Shown here: positions 1 to 12,323 of the stretch, one piece after another
Layout of the letters: each line of letters opens with the position of its first letter
How positions within the stretch are numbered: the stretch's first letter is position 1
NCBI GenBank assembly: GCA_002633005.1
Contig: NMRA01000080.1
Location: 954,940 to 1,018,939 of the forward strand
From: Phoronis australis
Lineage: Eukaryota; Animalia; Phoronida
Reading direction: 5' to 3'
Length of the DNA: 64,000 bases
The notes under the pieces: model-generated
Told to the model about the DNA's origin: nothing
Databases searched by the model: none
What the model saw: only the letters and a program-made list of their open reading frames with translations
Made by a program: the position numbers and the translations under genes

Positions 1-449
1 TTTAATAAACTGATGTAACGTGTGCCTCCGACAAAATGCGAGCACAACTTTGTCAGAAAAGTAGTGTGAAGCGACCTCTCTCGCTGCCGTTCCGAAAGCT
101 GTTTGTCGGGTTCTGCTAAAAGAACTTGAGTCAGATATCTCCATATACAATCGAACATGAACTTGGCACCCTGCAAAATAATTGATTTCCGTGTCGGTCT
201 GTGTTTCACTTGTCAAAGCATAAGAAACGAATGCTTTGTAAGTAAAGCAGTTTCAGTGAAAACTGACATAACTAACAAAAACATTAAAACGCTTGCAAAA
301 TTCCTCAGGCATGCTGGAAGGCTTGCTGAGCATGCGCAGTGAAATCAAAGCAGTATCAGTTGCAATGGGCTTGTAAAAGGCCTGAGTAACACGTCGGCCT
401 TCCTGCCTCAAGTACATATTTCACTAAGTTCCGACATCATTTCCCATTA

Positions 450-496
<47 letters not shown>

Positions 497-3400
497 GTTA
501 TTATTATTATTATTATTCACTGCATGAAATTGTATAAGCAAACGTTTGGACTATATCATTTTTAGCACATATGAAACTCTTTCTCTTTGCAGTTATGTTA
601 AAAAATTACCTTTTATAGAGTTCCAAACTAAAAAGTGTAATACTTTCGTAAAGAATTTGATCTGAGAAGGCACCATTCGGTAGAGAATTTGGCCGTGAAA
701 AATTCACCCATCTGAGTGACAATTCGCTAATCTACATAAAATATACCGTGTAATACTTCAGTCTATTGTAATTGTGAACTTTGGGTCTAGACTCACATCA
801 ATGCTTACTACTATGGTAATGGTTGAATTTGGTAATAACAATGGCAATGCTCTATACTCACCTGCTCAGGAGTGGGATACGTCAGATCTAAACCAATTAA
901 CTGAAATAGAAAAAATGATTCATTTTGATGGAAACAGCAAGAGAACAAGAGCAACGGAGTGTTGAAATGCATGCACGCCTGCACCGCCAATGTTATGCTC
1001 AGTTCTAGGGATGTTTATTAGTGTCGAAACAAGGCCAACAGGTGGCGTAGAACATGTCAAATGGGTCCGAAAAAGGGACGACCTCGTCGTCTCCCTAACA
1101 GAAATTCCTTTGTCAAATTTAATGAAAATCTGTCGAGTAATTTAGTTGGAGATGAAGAGAACAACGTAAAAATACTTATTGCCATTACGGGGCACAGTGG
1201 TAGTCGGACCCGTTAAAAAGAAGTTATAATACGTAAAGTGTCAAGTCCAACGAAAACAATTTGTCATATTTCAAAAAGATCCTGCAAGCGGTTTAGGAGA
1301 TACATTATGAATGCACAGATAACGGCATATGAGTATTTAGGTGCATATAATGGATATCTAGATATTGCGAGTTGTAATCATCCATGTTTACTTAATACAG
1401 CAGTTGTGCGTTGGATTTCGTCTGCAAGAACGGAAATTTCCATAAACAAAAGCAAGCGATTGCTTGGATTTGATTTCGTTCAAGGAACTTTGGCAAGTTT
1501 TAGGGAAATTCACAATGACATCTGGTGTGCCTTAGGCCTAACAGACACGTCTTGGTTGAGCGTGAAAAAAATAACTGTTTCGACCGTGAGAAAAGAATAC
1601 ACATTTACAGGTAATACATGGTCGAAATCTTCTGTTGCGCTCTCAGGAAGAAGGGGTGTTTTAGCTTATGTTCAAAACTGCTTCTTTGCTTCTTTCCCAT
1701 TATACACAGTATGAAAGTGCGTTCCTACGACAATGCCAATGGTATATACCACGTGACCATTTTATTGTTTTGCTTAAAATCGGTCATTGGTGACACTTCG
1801 CAAATTCCTTGGTCCTATTTTGCATTTTAGGAACTCCATAAGATGCTGTTACGTACGTGAACGTGATTTGGGGCCCAATTACAAATTAATTCACCCTACT
1901 GCTGCATCAACACAGGCTTAGCAAGGGAGAAGAAGCCGGTAACGGAAGGTGACGACGAAGGAAGTTGGAGGCAAACGTTTGAAATGACTATGACAAGAAG
2001 TTGATGGCAAACACGGGCTGATACCGTTATACTCTGCTCAAAGTGACAATAATCCAACCAATAGTATTGTATGATAGCAAATATTACTTTGTCTTGCGTT
2101 TCTTCAACTCGTCGCTTTAAGTCATCCATGCGCTGTGTTGCTGTTTCACTCTCGGATGAATATTTATAAAGCCCCTTCTTCGTCGCTGTTTTCATTTTGT
2201 CGTCCCAACACTGAAAATTTACAACACGTCATTTCAAATGACCAATTACGAAACAAAACACAGTTATCTTCCCATGTGCTTATGTATTGTATTTGTCATT
2301 GTTGTTCATAGCTACACGTACCTCGGTGATTTAAGAGAGAGATCCCGAGGGTACTACCAGGTCATATGGGCCTTGGAAGCGCGACGTTGCCAAAGTTATC
2401 CGTGTCTGTTTTATTGCACAGCCAGTGATGCTCCTTCCCTCTGTCTCGTATTAGATTGGCACGTTTTGTCCTGCTTTAATGCACTGTCATCGTTTGTTTG
2501 TGGTGTGTGGTTTCTGCGGCATGCAATTGGTCAGCTCAAAAAATAGCGACATCTGACATCTGGCCTCATGAATAAAAAGTGCTTTTCCACGGCAGCTTGG
2601 TCAAAATCACCCTAAAGTTGAAGTTATCATTCTGCCGCGTGTCAATTAATCAGAGAAAATAAGCATCCGTGGTATAGGCAACGATATCCAATCAGCACTG
2701 GTGGACTGGTGCAAATACAAACGTGTAGGGTTCTTCTTTGTTGCTCACGATTATTAACAAGAGAGAATAGTAAAAAATCTCCAGCCTAGTAGAGTAAGCC
2801 TGTGCAGGGTTTTAACACTCACCTTGTCCCTGAAGGCGATGCACGCTGGTAGTACACCCGGCTGGTTGAGATGGCCGTGTAGGAATTCCAACTCAGTAAC
2901 ACTTCTGTCTCTGAACTTATCTAGCCATGGGTAGCGGTCCACTGCATTGTTGAAGTTACGTTGCAACGCCTCGTCTTCGGCGCCATGCCATCCGTACCGC
3001 TGAATAAACAGGCTCAATATCAGAAATATTGTTTTTTCAAAAAAGTGACAAGCGTTTTGCAGGCGCAGGCGCATTTGCTTCAAAAAGAGGAGCAGACGGT
3101 TATCCGTTGTTACTATGTATGCACGCTGGTCAGTGGGCATTTTCGTAGTGTAATATTTGTGTAGTACTCTTCACCCAGGTAATACTGAATTAACGTTAAT
3201 ATCTACCGTATGGTAATACATAAATCAAAAACCACTCTTACTGTTTTGACAGGATTTTCTCAAGTCTTTTTGATCAGTAGTGTTTGCGTAGCAATAACTC
3301 AGTTTTGAGCATAACAGCATGTACAGTAAACAATAATAAAGTTTCTCTTGATGAAATCTGTACCTGACCAAAGAAACCGACAAACATGTCGGAGCGATCA

Positions 3401-5454
3401 AGTTCCCTTAGACAGATCTTGACAACTTGTGCGCTGTCGGCTGCTTCTTTTGTTATACCCCATCGCATGTCCACAGCGACAAACTGAAGACCTTTGGAAT
3501 TGCCTAAAATAAAACGTCAGGCATATAAGCATATAAGAAGTTATGTATTTTCTTTATGTCAAATGATTTATCAAGCCGACGTTTACATTAACTGCATGAA
3601 GTTCTGTCCTCTGTGTCATCAAAAGGATTCAACCATTGCAACACTGACTGTGATCCAAACGGCAAGGACGCTGACGTCACTTCACTAGTGTCGCAAGGGT
3701 AGTCAGACGTCAAGTCGCTTCCGTTTAGATGTCAGTGTTCAACTTTTAAACAAAGCGCTTTAGGACTTTGAAACATTGCCACACTCAACGCATCTTGAAT
3801 TGGGACAGCATGAGCAGGCAATTTTTAAAGTTGCAGACTCCGTAATCAATTTCCCAATTTTGATAAGTGGACAATCTCAATAAACTGTGAGACATTTTCC
3901 TGAGTTGCTGGTAGCTTAGAAGTTCTTTCGCTAATGGAAAGGTGGTCCTATCACTTTAAGGAATGTCATAAGACCGATTTCTAAACTTAACTACTTAAAG
4001 GTAGCTAAGCTCATGTTTTGTTGTTTCTGCAGTTTTATTAATAGCCAGGTCAACAGTAATTAATGCTGAAAACGCCAATAAGCTCTAAACAGAAATCAGT
4101 AAACGTAACACTTTCCTTGGGAAAGCGACCCCTACCGCAAGTTTAGATTCGTCATGATACGACCGGACCCGTCATTAGAAAAAGGGACAAATTTTTAGCT
4201 TTTGCGTTGTACGGCTGTTTGTGATTGTTCGCAAAGAATCTGCTGACAAGCGTTAAACTGACAAAATCGGTTTAACAGCCAAAAAAAAACGATTTTGGGG
4301 TTTATTTTAGTACAATTTACTCCTTGAAATTAAAAGCAGTCTGCTGTGTTTTTTTTTGATTTTAAGCAGTTCTGTGTTTTTAGACATCATTGATACCTGA
4401 TCTCTAAAACTACATGTCTGGCAAAGTGATGCTGAGAGTGCAGCCAGAAGGTCACGTGGTTCAACAGCGAGAGAAGTGAAGTGTGATCTGGCTCAGCAAA
4501 TTATTGAGAAACTAAAAGCAAAGAAAAACACAGTTCACGTATGGACGTATATGTTGTATCGAAGACTGAGCCGGTGATGTCTTCAAAGTATGTCAGTGCG
4601 CGAAGAAAGCAACCCACTTCTTTACATGCATATCACATTAGTTTGAAGCCGTTCGACAATGATTGTTCAACCTCAAACCAGTTTGTTGACATTGGAAGTC
4701 TCAGCACAATCGATTGAACACGCCCACGTCCTTACACACGTAGTAAACAAAGAAGCAGTCGCACACATTGGGTACTCGAAATTAAAGCCCATCAGCCTAC
4801 GATGTACCGACTTCGTACATGTGCAAGGCCTCTCGAGTCTCTGAAGGAGGGTGATGAGGACCAGGCGGCGCCCGATAAACAGATCATTGTGGGAGCTTCT
4901 GTCTGCATTCAGTACCGGCTTTCGGGAACGCTAAAAATCGTGAACTAAATCCACGCACCCAGTTTTAATTCAGTAAAACCATTTTTCTGGTGGAATAAAA
5001 CGTAAATGGAAGATCTTTGGGTAGGTGATGCGTCACCTTCTGGATTGGTTGAACACTGAATGGCCGGTCAATCCGTTGAATATGATACTTGTTGTAGATC
5101 AATTCACGTTTTGACAAACCAGAACCCATTAAAAAGCTACTGAGGCTAACGCACGAGCAATTTCGTCTCACCAGCCCACAAACCTGGTTACCCATGGCCC
5201 CACTACAACAGTTACCGTGCACACAACGCCTAGCTCGAACGTCACGGCTCACGCGACGAGCGTTCTGTAGTGGGTAACCTGAACAGCGACCAGTCAAACG
5301 TCAACTAGTTATTATACTCACACAAGTGGTGAATCTGTGGCCAGTAGCGCCGTGTTAACTCTTCTCTCTCCCCTTCCATTCCGTTGAAAGGGGATGAAAA
5401 AAATATCCGGCATATTTTGTCCTCCTTTAACCGGCTGCTGTAGTCATACGCCAT
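1..5454 (-). CDS. DUF4062 (TIR-like) domain protein, N-terminal part; probably a DUF4062-NACHT/AAA-TPR STAND protein; truncated at the window edge
   Basis: Six phase-compatible GT-AG exons: 5454-5322, 3503-3364, 2999-2823, 2210-2088, 900-862, 170-1. Spliced protein: MAYDYSSRLKEDKICRIFFSSPFNGMEGEREELTRRYWPQIHHLC/NSKGLQFVAVDMRWGIT...ICLRELDRSDMFVGFFGQ/RYGWHG...DRSVTELEFLHGHL.../CWDDKMK.../LIGLDLTYPTPEQ/GAKFMFDCIWRYL...HFVGG. RIFxSS-F-xM-ER, VD(L/M)RWG, CLxE(I/L)D, G-xRYGW and SVTELE are DUF4062 hallmarks. The NTPase and TPR parts are inferred from the family and lie outside the window. Confidence 0.88.
446..517. repeat. (ATT)n microsatellite, intronic
   Basis: Near-perfect ATT run. Confidence 0.95.
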
Positions 5455-8022
5455 TATCGACTTGACAACACGCAAACACCTTTCATGCATCCACCTACAT
5501 GTAGGTCATGACGTTGACCTGCATACATCGCTGACTATCTTGTTATAAAACAAACACAATCACAATGACAATGTTACAGAAAGAGTCTCGTCGTGTACAG
5601 ATAAGTTGTTGGTTGATTAATTTGCTTAGCTCAGTAGCTAAATCTAAAATGAGAGGTTATTCACGTTATTCAGACCCCGGTCTTAAGGGTTTCTTACAGT
5701 ATATTCGTGGCACGTGAATTTTTCATTTCCTCAATTTACTATTTTACTCCTCAAAGTAATAACACTGCAACAATTTAAATTATTCGCACGTTTAAAACGA
5801 AACAAAAACAACCCGTAAGCACACGCATATGTATCAAAAACAGCATGAGGTGGCTAAGAGTGATGCTATAGATATAATAAGGATTTCCCAAAATATGGTT
5901 TTACTCGCTTATGTTTTTCTTAATACGCAGTAATTGTGCCGAGACACTGCTCAAATGTGTTGTGTTCTTTAACGTCTGCTTAGGTTATAAAGGATCCGAG
6001 AAAAATGTTGCAATTTTGACCAAATTTTGAACATCACATCTCAGAAACGACTGACTGGAATCGCATGAAATTTTCGAATGTGACGCTTTACACTTTATTC
6101 TTTTAGGAATTGTGTTTAAAATGTTCCAATTTTGCATGAGTAGCTATTAAAAAGAGAATTTATATGATTTTATGAAAATTTAAGTTGCATAAAACAAAAA
6201 CGAAACGATTAGGTATTGATACTAATGAGATTATTTTGAGCACTGTCCCTCTTAGACGTGAGTGCTGAGAAAAATAAAAGGACCTTCGTGTTCCAGTACC
6301 TCTTGCTTTCGTAAAAAATGCAGTTTTTTGAAATGGAATTTTCATATTGTGAAACTTTTAGCTGGTAAGTCGCAGCAACACCCAATTGCTTAAATACTGG
6401 TTTGGAAAGCAGGTAACTTGGATACCACTCAAAGTATCATGTTTTCAACCGTAAATGTCCGTATCTGTCCTTTTTCAGAAACCGAAAATTCCACCGGGGC
6501 ACGTACATGTACCACCATGTTTGGCCGCTTTTGTACAACTGTAAAAGAGAACCTTTGGAATGTCCAATGACACGACCCCTCTGCTCGTATCAACTGTTTT
6601 CTATTTTACCTTGGTTAGTTTTAGCATGAACCTAGCTAATAGTGAGAGTGGACCTTTTCAAGCGCAGATCCAGGAATGTGTCCAGGGGTCAGAAAATGGA
6701 TCGGCATGCACTGGAGGCAAAGGGTGAGATTATTAGTTCATTACTGTGTTCGAAAACTGACCAATCAGGGGTTTTGAGCCCTCTTTGGAACAAAACTTGC
6801 TTCTCTGAAATATAAAATAGCGGGGTTGTATTATTAACTCATCTGTACATTACAATTGATTTTTGAACCCTGTAATCCTATAATAGATTTTCATTGTTGC
6901 AACAACTTCCCATGGTCTCCTTCGTCACTGCTGTAGCAATACGAATATTTGTTTGTTTGGCATCTTGCTCGATAATTGCACAACCGAGTAGCGCCATCTA
7001 GAGTCTTTTAATCTAACCGACAGTCACGGATTGACATAAAACTGTGTGAGTTGTGTAAAAATGACTACACAAAGACAGCAGTAACAGATGGAAGCTACCT
7101 CGTGGTTCCAAAATTTTCGATATAGATTTGGGAGAGCGATAAAAATAAGTACAAATGGCCTTAAAATAAGCAGTGAAAATGCCATTTTTGTATTTTATTC
7201 TTTCCTCTTTCTTGCTATATCGTTATGTTTGCTATATCGTGAAACGATAATGTGTTGTCGCTGGCGAAAAGTCATTCACTTCCCAGTAACTTTTATTTGC
7301 GGTTTTTAAGGAAAAATACAAAATGGTTGTAAAAAGAGTTAAAAAGCTCAGAAAATCATCGAAAATCAGACTCCGGTTTCTTTTGTCAAGGCCAGCTGGT
7401 GTGCTAAGTTTCAAAAAGATCGGTGATTTTGCGTATTTGGTTTTTATATAGAATTGCTCTTAATTAGTGACATAATGATACAAGGAATTACTACTTTCAG
7501 AAAATAATGCACTTTTGCCCCTGTGGTTTTGTAGATATTTGGCTAAATGTAGACACTTGTCGATAATATCCTACACAGCCTGAAAAGGAAGGTTTTACTG
7601 GCAAAAATGCGCAAGTCATTTAAGTTCAAAGACAGACTGGGTTTGACTGATATTTTGATTTCAATTTTCAATAACTTAGTTGAGAATATCGTTGATAATG
7701 GAGTGCACAATGGATATCTTTGAACATGACCAAACGATATTTATTGATAATTCAACTTGCTTTGCCCAATAGTCAGACAATAAGCTACGAAGCGCCGAGA
7801 GTGTATGCCCTTGCCAAAACCAAAATTTGGCGTTAGCACATGTACATAACTAAGAACTTTTCACAAAAGACAAACTGCCGTTAAACAGTGACGCCATGAT
7901 TTAAACCTTAGACCCACTTCTAATCTTTCCTAGTCCAACAAAGCTTGATTTAATCAAGGTCGCTGGCCTTAGGGTAACCTTATCGTTACCAAAACGTCAT
8001 ATAACAACGCTTCTTTTGCGAC

Positions 8023-8079
8023 ATTAATATAGGAACGCCACCATTTTGATCACCTCAGGGCGTGGCTTCCTATATTAAT
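8023..8079. repeat. Short inverted repeat or MITE-like hairpin
   Basis: ATTAATATAGGAA(C)GCCAC ... GTGGCTTCCTATATTAAT. Confidence 0.6.
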
Positions 8080-9489
8080 ATCCAAAAGGTACAGAAGTGT
8101 GGGTCCGTTTATACTAATTTGGAGTGCCTATCTTATACGGCCCTGCCTGAATGGGACCGAAGAGCGGTTCTCCCTTGGGGGCCCACCTGAAGGCGGCCAA
8201 AAAGCGATACCTGCTACATGTACATTAAATCCCAGGCAGAAGGCATTTTTTGACTCGTGACATTACCCGGTCACATGATGTGACCATGTGATTCTGATGG
8301 GACGTCTAAAGTGTACTGTATGCATAAAACCTGCCTCAAATGCACTCTGAAAACATTAATAAGCACAAAGTTTTTGCAGCACATAACGGAGGCAGGACGT
8401 GTGGTTTCTCATTTCAGTTACAACCATTGGCCGCTAGCCAGAAGGTTTCAATAGGTGGAGCCAAAATTGGGAACCGATTAAGCAACCAACCGAGACGGGT
8501 GGTTCCATCACTCCACGGTTGTAATAATATACAGTTCATCATTTTTTGTCTCTAGAAATCTGTTTACTAAACAACATTTGTATCTTTTGAGTGATTTATT
8601 TGTCAAAATGATAACAAGTACATCAAAGAAAATATATCCTTGAGACAAAACATCACGTGTTCACACACGACCACCCACCCTCCACACATACATCACATAA
8701 CTTATAAAATCATGTTTGTTGCAGAGAAATAACAAGGGTTTTTCAAAACAATTTGAAGGGGTTGCATATTTCTTAGAATAAATCGATTGTACAGGTAATA
8801 CTTAATTTTGTATAAAGGGCATCGTCTGGTCTCAAAAGCTTTCGTAAATAAAATATTGACGAATTGAGGGATGTCCGGTATAGGAGTTTCACTCTTCATT
8901 AAACAATTTCTGGAAATAGTGGATTAATAACTACTTATTTATGACGTAATTTGCTAATGATCTTTTATAAACTGCCCTTCTTTAGTGTTAAGGATAGTAT
9001 ACTTATACAGTTGTTTTTAATTTCTCGTCTTTAATGAAGCGAAAATAAGATTGAGCTAGTTTCTCTCACCTCAGTGAACTGGATCTCTATTTATCATTTG
9101 CCTATGAACTCTGAGATTTTGTACTAATTGCAGATCACTTTTTGAACTTTCCTTATTCTGAACAATTCCCCGCCAGTTTAACCTTTATTTAACTTTCCTA
9201 TGAAGTTATTAGCAAGTTCAATCATTAATTTTCTTCTCCAGTTTTTGTAGCATATCTTTTGTCTTCGAAATATCGACAGGAGATCGTCTACGCGTGGTTG
9301 CTCGATTTGACTGCGCCAGTAAAATTTCTTTACACACATTACATAAACAGATGAAGTAGCCAACGCAGACTGACACGAAGACCTTGCTTTCTTTATAGGC
9401 GGTCACGTCCATAGCTTTATTTGCTAATTTAAACGTTCCTGTACGCATTCTGAGTAACACTAATTGTTTGTTGAAGATATGCACGTTAC

Positions 9490-9618
9490 CCATGCAAGCT
9501 CACACTTTGAACAAAGCAGGTGAGACCATGGCCTCATTGTGCGTCTCCGTGGCTACCACACAGTCTTCATCAAGGATGGTTGCACCGTTTTCCAGTTCAG
9601 GAGCATGTCGTAGTTAGC
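9490..9618 (-). other. Candidate exon, possibly a 5'UTR exon of the DUF4062 gene
   Basis: Strong acceptor TTTTTTCTTCAG (minus strand, ending 9619) and donor G|GTAACG at 9489; every frame contains a stop. Confidence 0.3.
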
Positions 9619-11623
9619 CTGAAGAAAAAAATTAATGAAACATGTTTCATCTTTATTGAAAACCGCGAATTCTCCCTTTGTCTATGGAAGGTTTTAAATT
9701 TTGTTTTCACCCACTTCCTCCTTTGGGTAACCGTCAGGTGCTACACGGGATGACAGATAAGCGTATGACTGGATACCGCATCAGTTTCTACACTACAGTC
9801 GCAATTTTGAGTTACTTCAAGTTCTGAGCTAGTGCAACGCCAGTGTTAAGAGACAAACACCAGTTTTAATACCAACACCGCGCCAATCTCTAACTGATCA
9901 TAATGACTCATCTGGAAAGAAGTCAGACCTGAAGTACCTACGGTTCTAATTCCCAATAAAGGCGTAGTTTCGAACGTAGGCAAATGGGCCTTAACACTCG
10001 CATATACGGTAGAGGCAAAATTGTACTTATCCGTCATTTAATTTCGAAAAAATGGTGAGATTTTAAAAATCCCACAGTAATTTCTTTCGCAGAAATTGTC
10101 AATACAAAACTAGCGTTTTATAGGCTTGGTACATCAGTGACGCTCGTTTTTTCCTGCGAGTTTACTAAAATAACTTTTCAATTTGTTAGTATTCTAATAT
10201 CGAACATGGCATTAAATTCGTAAAGGTGTGAAAATGGTAAATACATATGTGAGCTAAAGAGTCAGAATATCGGTCATTCGGACAATCGGCCCTTCGGACG
10301 ATCAAACCCACCTCCGACAGTTTGTGTGTGCTACACGGTACACTTCGATCGCGAAGAAATATTTTGAGCCTCGGAATGTCCAAGTTTAAATCATTCAATA
10401 ACACGCCATGTACCATATACGCCATTCCATCTCTGACAGGTGGAGCCGTCCTTGTGAGTAACTTACGAAGTGCTATCAACATTAAGGTATATGGTACTGG
10501 ACACTAAAAAAGGTCGAGGTTGTGCAAAGGCAATTAATCTGCCTCTCAATTTTACTTTGATTTAAAGACTTAATTACTTTTTGATCAACTATTTAATAAC
10601 TAAAAGCAATATTCTTGTCAATAAACAATATAGCTATCATTTGGGTACATTTGTTTGGGACACACTGTAGTTAGGGAGTTACTTCAGGTTGTAAAACTTG
10701 ACTAAAGCACTTTGCCACTTGGAGTTCAGATGATAGAGATCTTGCCAAGTTTCAGCCCGTATCAATGTTTACTGGAGTGCCATCAACCCTCACCATTTCA
10801 GTTTTTATTGTCAGAAAATCATCCATGAATCAGCCGATTTTGGTAGATGTATAAATACGTAAATCAGAAAAGAACGAGCCTGAAATAGTTAATTCCAAAA
10901 TGGTGCAAGTACACACAGTCTGTAACCTAAGTTACCTGCTCATTTGAGAAAAACTCAAAATCTTAGGATTGTGGCAATGTTTTTACGTCTCAAAGTGCTT
11001 AGGTTGAGAATTCATGATAAACAGCGGTGGAATGGTTATTTGAAATAGCCTACACCATAATAGCTATGACATATTTGGTGTGAAATTTGCCAGTTTTCTT
11101 CTAAGCTCTTTTAATTTGGAATAGAAAAAAAATAAAGAAAAAGATTCCACCATCAAAAACAAGGTGTAAATTGTTCGAAAGCTGCATTGATGAATAAGTG
11201 TTATTATTTGGGGACGGGCACCAAACAAGGACACGCTGAACTCTTAATTAAAAACTTGTTCCTGTTCTTATTTATAACTTACATCTTGATTCATTGCATA
11301 TCCACACGGGGCTGAGTAGGCCATACCGAAATCATGGCCAACATGTTCAAAGTAGAATAAACGACATTGTCAACATGTTGGCATACTTCCTTGGTTTTAC
11401 GTAACAGGCCACATTCGCATTCATGTTCCTCCACAAAAAATGAACCTTAATCCGTGCAATGAATTTTTTGAGGAAAGTTCATCGTTGCTTTTAAAGAAAA
11501 TTTCACTGTCCCATATATTGTGTTGACCATATACTTCACAACAGAACGCATGACGACGAACTCATACATGTATGTTCATAAAACTCAGGCACTGAATACA
11601 GACAAAACTTAATAGCACAGGGA

Positions 11624-11912
11624 AGAGTTCAGAAACGCTAGGACCTCGCTAAACTCTAGCAGAAATCAGATATTCTCTTAAAATGCATGGCAACATCTCA
11701 CGTAATCTCGTGAAGTCTTGCTTTTTCGGGAGTTCCTAGCGTTACTGAACTCTGCCTTCCATTGGGTTCAGTAACGCTATGACCTACGCTAGGACCTCGC
11801 TAAAATTCAGCCAAAATCACGAGTTCTCATTTGAAATGCACAACAATATCTCACGTAATATCCCGAAGTCTTGCCTTTTAGCGAGGACCTACATGTAGCG
11901 TTACTGAACTCT
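11624..11912. mobile_element. Tandem pair of ~130-150 bp MITE-like units
   Basis: Each unit is bounded by (A/G)GAGTTCAG(T/A)AACGCTA ... TAGCGTTACTGAACTCT; units 11624-11753 and 11764-11912 are similar internally. Confidence 0.7.
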
Positions 11913-12323
11913 ATCCAGGTATAGTATGCCGGATTTATTTTGCAGACAAGCTGGGCGTATAATCGGATAATATCAGTTCAGGTGCCAAAATTCAAGTGAT
12001 AATTTTGGTTATCCCATTATTCAAACCCAGAATAAGATAAGGTGGTGAAAACCTTTAAAACAATTGAAAAGGTGGAGATGTGTATTGGATTTAGAAAAAG
12101 CAAGATAAGATACCCGCCCTTGTTGCCATAAACTTGAAGTCATTCCACTGGTATGGACAGTACAGAGTAGGAACTGAAGTGAACAAGATTTGAACTATAT
12201 TACACCAAAGAACACGGCCACGCAGTAGGCAAAGACCTCCTCCCGCAGACTGGTCAAAACATAGGTGAGTTGAACGATACTGTGACAGTGTTATTTTTTT
12301 TCCTAAATAACATTCAAGAATGG

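Noticed and set aside
1238-1714. 158 aa plus-strand ORF
   Set aside because: Antisense within an intron of the DUF4062 gene, non-ATG start, no recognisable motif.
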